A DNA stretch of 40,846 nt, taken from the NCBI RefSeq assembly GCF_006345805.1, contig NW_021835696.1, forward strand, positions 1 to 40,846, written 5' to 3'. This stretch comes from Octopus sinensis. Taxonomy: Eukaryota. The notes beneath the pieces were generated by a model that ran no database searches, was not told the origin of the DNA, and saw only the letters and a program-made list of their open reading frames with translations. Below, in pieces: positions 35,511-40,846 of the stretch. The position numbers and the translations under genes are program-made. Position 1 is the stretch's first letter. Every line of letters starts with the position of its first letter.

Positions 35511-36200
35511 CTTTGATTCTAATCCAGAAACGTACGTCATAATTGACCGAGGACTGTTTGATTTCGTTATTTTTCTTCTTTTTTTGCCACATAGTGAGTT
35601 ACAATACTGTTGTCTGTGGAGACATATTTTTGTAGTAAAAGAAATAACAGTCCTCTGGCTGCTATTTCTAATACTTTCGGTATGTGGTCTAGCAACTTGT
35701 TGCAAAGACCCTCTTTGTTATAATTATATATATATATCAGCAGCCTCAGAAGCAACACGTATTTGTTCGTCTCCCCGTGGCCTTTAGGCACAACTTCACA
35801 AGCCAGCCCCATACTCAAATCGTCCTGTCGAAAGACCCTTGTCCTACGTCCTGGTTTTGTTTTGTTGTTTATTTTTTATTTTTACCGTTATTGTTTTTAC
35901 GTTTTTGTATTCTTATTGTGTCACGTATTCTGTATTTTTGTTTGTGTACTTCGATCGTTTTCCGTCCTTTCGTTGTATACATTCGAAGCTTTCTTCCAGG
36001 GGATCTAATGCGCTTGGCTTAGATTTCCCTTGGCGGGCTGGCCATATCGGAGCAATCTCAAGATTAATCAGCCGAAATTGCTAAGATGATCTGGTTCTTG
36101 ACTGATGACTGAGGGCTTCGAATGTCCCGTCCTGTGGTTCTTGTGTCGTCTCTGTGGTGTTTCATGTTCTTGTCCATGTCTGTAATTAATTTTACTGTTT
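35511..36200. mobile_element. Unclassified repeat fragments bounded by (TA)n, possibly Penelope-derived
   Basis: Starts with a hammerhead-like 3' half (GAAACGUACGUC). Family assignment is inference only. Confidence 0.35.
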
Positions 36201-36872
36201 ACCTATATATATATATATATATATATTGGTCTTGGCACGCAGACACGAGAGATTGAACACTTTCCCGTAACTTCTACTGTGCAGAAACACTCCATCATCT
36301 GATGTCTCACAGGCATGTGACAGCAGCAGCAAGAAGAAGATGCCAAATAATGTAGGAGCAAGGACACAACCTTGCTTTACCCCGTTTTTTTATTTTTATT
36401 AGGAGTCAAAACTTTGAGAGTCCCTCCTAGCGGGAGGCATTTTTGTAAGTAATGCATTTAATATATATATATATATATATATTAAGGGCAGGAGGGACTC
36501 TTAAATCAAAACTACCACCATAAAACACATTGTACCGAACGCGAGGGAATGCAACTCTCAAAGCGAGCCTTTTAAAACTAGATACAGCTGCAGATCATAT
36601 GATTTCATAATTAGTGCACAAAATGCACTTTTTAATCGTCAGTGCAAGCATAATCAAGACACATAAAAGTGAACAAAAAATCAACATACCAGACGAACAC
36701 CCCATGTATCCAGCATAGTACATAGAATTGTTCACACTTATATATCTATGTAAGAGGCGGGCTTTTCGAATTGCATCTCGGAACACGTGTTTATCCAGAA
36801 TAAAATTCAGCACTGAATATTTTCCGGTTAAATTTACAATTGAAAAATAGGATAAAATCTTTATAAGAATTT

Positions 36873-37230
36873 GTGGAAGCACTCCGTCGGTTACGACGAC
36901 GAGGGTTCCGGTTGATTCGAATCAACGGAACAGCCTGCTCGTGAAATTAACGTGTAAGTGGCTGAGCACTCCACAGACACGTGTACCCTTAACGTAGTTC
37001 TCGGGGATACTCAGCGTGACACAGAGAGTGACAAGGCCGGCCCTTTGAAATACAGGTACAACAGAAACAGGAAGTAAGAGTGAGAGAAAGTTGTGGTGAA
37101 AGAGTACAGCAGGGATCACCACCATCCCCTGCCGGAGCCTCGTGGAGCTTTAGGTGTTTTCGCTCAATAAACACTCACAACGCCCAGTCTGGGAATCGAA
37201 ACCGCGATCCTATGACCGCGAGTCCGCTTT
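36873..37230 (-). mobile_element. 5'-truncated SINE family B (tail type 2) with 13-bp TSD
   Basis: tttataagaattt at 36860-36872 and 37231-37243. Confidence 0.95.
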
Positions 37231-37321
37231 TTTATAAGAATTTATCAAGTAGTTAGCGTGAAAAACTTCATAAGGGAGAAATTCATCAATTATTCCTCTT
37301 AAATATATATATATATTTTTT

Positions 37322-37850
37322 TTACATGTTTCAGTCATTTTGACTGCGGCCATGCTGGAGCACCGCCTTTAATCGAACAACTCGACCCCGGGACTTATTC
37401 TTTGTAAACCCAGTACTTATTCTATCGGTCTCTTTTGCCGAACCGCTAAGTGACGGGGACATAAACACACCAGCATCGGTTGTCAAGCAATGCTAGGGGG
37501 ACAAACACAGACACACAAACATATACACACACATACATATATACATACATATATACGACGGGCTTCTTTCAGTTTCCGTCTACCAAATCCACTCACAAGG
37601 CTTTGGTCGGCCCGAGGCTATAGTAGAAGACACTTGCCCAAGGTGCCACGCAGTGGGACTGAACCCGAAACCACTCCTTACCACACAAGACGATTACATC
37701 CACTCAGCACTCAACAGTTACTTAATTTATCGACCCCGAAAGGATGATGGGCAAAGTCAACCTCGACGTAATTCGAACTCACAACGTGAAGACGGACGTA
37801 ATGCCGCCAAACCATTTGCCCGGTGTGCTAACGATTCTGCCAGCGCCCCA
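37322..37850 (-). mobile_element. SINE family A copy followed by an old C2 copy
   Basis: Family A at about 37322-37685; diverged C core at about 37690-37850. Confidence 0.8.
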
Positions 37851-38012
37851 CATTATCGCTTCATGATATTATACAAGATCACATCTAGATTCTCTTTTAC
37901 AGAGAATGGAGATAAATGAGAAATAGAATCCAGATGGGGGGAGGGGTGCTTAAAGCTGATAAGATGTGTTTAAAAGCAATATTTCAAGGCACAATGTGCA
38001 GATATACAGTTG

Positions 38013-38395
38013 TGATGTTGTTGTTGTTGTTGTTGTTGTTGTTGCTGTTGATGTTGTTGCTGCTACAAGCGGTGGCGGCGGCGGTGGTGGTGGTGGTATT
38101 GGTGGTGGTGATTGTGGTGGTGGTGGTTGTGGTGGTGGTGGTGGTATTGGTGGTGGTGGTGGTGATGGTTGTGGTTGTGGTGGTAGTGGTGGTGGTTGTG
38201 GTGGTGGTGGTGGTGGTGATGGTTGTGGTTGTGGTAGTATTGGTGGTGGTGGTGGTTGTGGTGGTGGTGGTGTGTGGTGGTGGTGGTGGTGGTGGTGGTG
38301 ATGGTTGTGGTTGTGGTGGTATTGGTGGTGGTGGTGGTTGTGGTGGTGTTGGTGGTGGTGGTATTGGCGGTTGTGGTGGAGGTGGTGGTGGTGGT
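38013..38395. repeat. Compound (GTT)/(GGT) microsatellite with higher-order units
   Basis: Direct reading. Confidence 0.92.
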
Positions 38396-38638
38396 AAGTA
38401 GGGAGTGAGTTGAAATTCATCGTATGACATTGTGTGACCGATTTTATTAATAAACCTTTCGTTGTACAGATATTGGTGGTGGTGGTGGTTGTAGAGGTGG
38501 TGGTTGTAGCAGTGGTGGTGGTGGTAGATGGGGGTGTTTCTGTGTTATCTGTGGGTCTCTGTCTGTCTATCTATCTGTCCTCCCCCCATATACGTGTATG
38601 TGTGTGTGCATATATGTATGTATGTATGTATATATGTG

Positions 38639-38689
<51 letters not shown>

Positions 38690-38744
38690 CATAAATGCAT
38701 ATACACATACATATATGACATATATCTATATGCATATATGTATA

Positions 38745-39388
38745 TAGGCGCGGGAGTGGTTGTATGGTAGGTAGCTTGCTTACCAAACACATGGTTCCGG
38801 GTTCAGCCCCACTGTGTGGCACCTTGGGCAAGTGTCTTCTACTATAACCTCGGGCCGACCAAAGCCTTGTCAGTGGATTTGGTAGACGGAAACTGAAAGA
38901 AGCCCGTCGTATATATGTGCATGTATATATATGTCTTTGTTATATATGTGCATGTATATATATGCGTGTGTGTTAGTCGCTTGACAACAGATGCTGGTGT
39001 GCTAACTTCCCCGTAACTTAGCGGTTCGGCAAAAAAGAGACCGATAGAATAAGTACTAGGCTTACAAAAGAATAAGTCCCCGAGTCGATTTGCTCGAACT
39101 AAAGGCGGTGCTCCAGCATGGCCACAGTCAAATGACTGAAACAAGTAAAAGAGACCGATGGAATAAGTACTAGGCTTACAAAGAATAAGTCCTGGGGTCG
39201 ATTTGCTCGAACTAAAGGCGGTGCTCCAGCGTGGCCGCAGTCAAATGACTGAAACAAGTAAAAGAGACCGATAGAATAAGTACTAGGCTTACAAAGAATA
39301 AGTCCCCGAGTCGATTTGCTCGAACTAAAGGCGGTGCTCCAGCATGGCCGCAGTCAGATGACTGAAGCAAGTAAAAGAGTAAAAGAGA
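38745..39388 (+). mobile_element. SINE family A with its 3' 114 bp triplicated
   Basis: gagaccgat(a/g)gaataagtact at about 39037, 39151 and 39264. Confidence 0.92.
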
Positions 39389-39637
39389 TATGTAGACTTA
39401 AAAAAAAAAAGAAAAAGAGAAAAGAACTGTGAAAATGTAACCTCTCAGCTTTGGGGATCGAGTGGGCATTGCGCCTCGTTTTTCATTCATTCTGACTATC
39501 ATTCGTTCCTTGCAATTTTTACTTCTAATCTTATCCACTTTTTGTTAAATTTTAGTTCCCTGACTTTATGTTTTGTCACGTTTCGTGTTGTGTCTATATT
39601 TTGTATTTGTCGAGGAGCATCTATGTGTAGCCTTTTA

Positions 39638-40038
39638 TCTTTATATATAAAAGTGAAGTTGTGTGAGTGTCTGTCTCCTACGATTTAGATTCCTAACTAC
39701 TCCCACATTTTGCGGTGCAGCTTAACCAAAACCGGGTATCTTATAGTCGTGATTCATATCGAGCCCTTCTGGGTATTAGCGCGCGTCTACGTTGAGTCTA
39801 CGATTTTAAAAATAATTTACCATAATTTTTTTCCATTTTAATGCATTTTTTCGCTATTATATAAGGGAAGTAACTCACTAAAAATGTCTACGATGAGTCA
39901 ACGATTTAAAAAAAAATTACCATAATTTTTTCCCATTTTTAATCCATTTGTTTTGCTAATTTTTGGCTATAACTCTCTAAAAATGCTTATATAGTTATTT
40001 CCTTTACAAACCCGAACAACGCCGGGCGATACTGCTAG
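39638..40038 (+). mobile_element. Complete non-autonomous Helitron
   Basis: A|TCTTTATATATAAAAG ... hairpin cccgaacaacgccggg ... CTAG|T. Internal duplication of about 100 bp. Confidence 0.88.
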
Positions 40039-40114
40039 TAGGTAATAAAAAAACCGATGTATGTATGTATGTATGTATATATGTATGTATGTGTGTATAA
40101 TATTAAGTATCTTA

Positions 40115-40348
40115 AAGGCGGCGAGTTGGCAGAAACGTTAGCACGCCAGGCGAAATGCGTAGCCGTATTTCGTCTGCCGTTACGTACCGAGTTCATATTA
40201 CGCCGAGGTCGACTTTGCCTTTCATCCTTTCGGGGTCGATAAATTAAGTAGCAGTTACGCACTGGGGGTTGATGTAATCGACTTAATCCCTTTGCCTGTC
40301 CTTGTTTGTCCCCTCCATGTTTAGCCCCTTGTGGGCAATAAAGAAATA
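40115..40348 (+). mobile_element. Full-length SINE C1 with 12-bp TSD
   Basis: aatattaagtat at 40099-40110 and 40349-40360. Confidence 0.92.
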
Positions 40349-40477
40349 AATATTAAGTATGTTATAGAAAGCATGGGCTCTTTAAGGAGTACTTGTAGGG
40401 AACCAATGCGAAATAATACAAAGTAGAGGAAACTAAAAGTGCAAATCCAAGGCAATCAACTCATCTTGTTTGTTGTT

Positions 40478-40523
40478 AACACAACGTTTCGGCTGATATA
40501 CCCTCCAGCCTTCATCAGGTGCC
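40478..40523 (-). ncRNA. Type I hammerhead ribozyme motif, complete core
   Basis: Minus strand GGCAC-CUGAUGA-A-GGCUG(gagggtatat)CAGCC-GAA-ACGUU-GUGUU: stem I GGCAC/GUGUU, 5-bp stem II, palindromic AACGUU stem III, NUH = GUU. Confidence 0.7.
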
Positions 40524-40586
40524 TTGAGGAAATTTCGAACCTGGGTTCTCATTCCTAAGGTATTTTTCGATATATATATAATATAT

Positions 40587-40755
40587 ATATAGGCACAGGA
40601 GTGGTAAGTAGCTTGCTAACAAACCACATGGTTCCGGGTTCAGTCCCACTGCGTGGCATCTTGGACAAGTGTCTTCTGCTATAGCCCCGGGCCGACCAAT
40701 GCTTTGTGAGTGGATTTGGTAGACGGAAACTGAAAGAAGCCTGTCGTATATATGT

Positions 40756-40793
<38 letters not shown>

Positions 40794-40846
40794 CTGTGTG
40801 TGTGTTTGCGTGTCTGTGTTTGACCCCCTAGCATTGCTTGACAACC
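40587..40846 (+). mobile_element. SINE family A, 5' part (runs off the window)
   Basis: Head, ccttggacaagtgtcttc core and internal (TA)n. Confidence 0.88.

Noticed and set aside
36108-36135. ctgatgactgagggcttcgaatgtc as a hammerhead
   Set aside because: It has GAAU rather than GAAA, and stem II does not pair convincingly.
37916-38430. Gly/Cys-rich or Pro-rich ORFs resembling structural proteins
   Set aside because: (GGT)n with locally amplified variant units; no signal peptide or splice structure, and open in most frames.

Overview
AT-rich, repeat-saturated eukaryotic genomic DNA, most likely from an octopus/cephalopod (inferred from recalled SINE families and microsatellite load, not from a database search). 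Most entries in the ORF track are microsatellite or SINE artefacts. (1) One host gene lies on the minus strand. It has two well-defined, in-phase exons (10649-10293 and 2053-1905) encoding a signal-peptide-like N-terminus, a degenerate PAN/apple-like module and an uncharacterised domain. (2) Its 8.2-kb intron carries an antisense, near full-length but disrupted R4/Dong-clade retrotransposon (RT plus restriction-like endonuclease) sitting in (TAA)n. (3) A decayed pogo-like DDE transposase (13.3-15.8 kb) can be rebuilt by removing one Helitron insertion and two SINEs with target-site duplications (TSDs). (4) At least four tRNA-derived SINE families are present, some forming 184-bp or 114-bp 3'-end multimer arrays. 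(5) There are also a 555-bp non-coding element bounded by (AAT)n on both sides, MITEs, Helitrons, a deleted Tc1, and CR1/L2 and Penelope-like remnants. The most unusual element joins a tRNA-like Pol III head to a type I hammerhead ribozyme motif (32.7-33.0 kb, degenerate core); a second copy of the ribozyme tail with a complete core is at 40.5 kb. Labels SINE A/B/C/D are my own working names.
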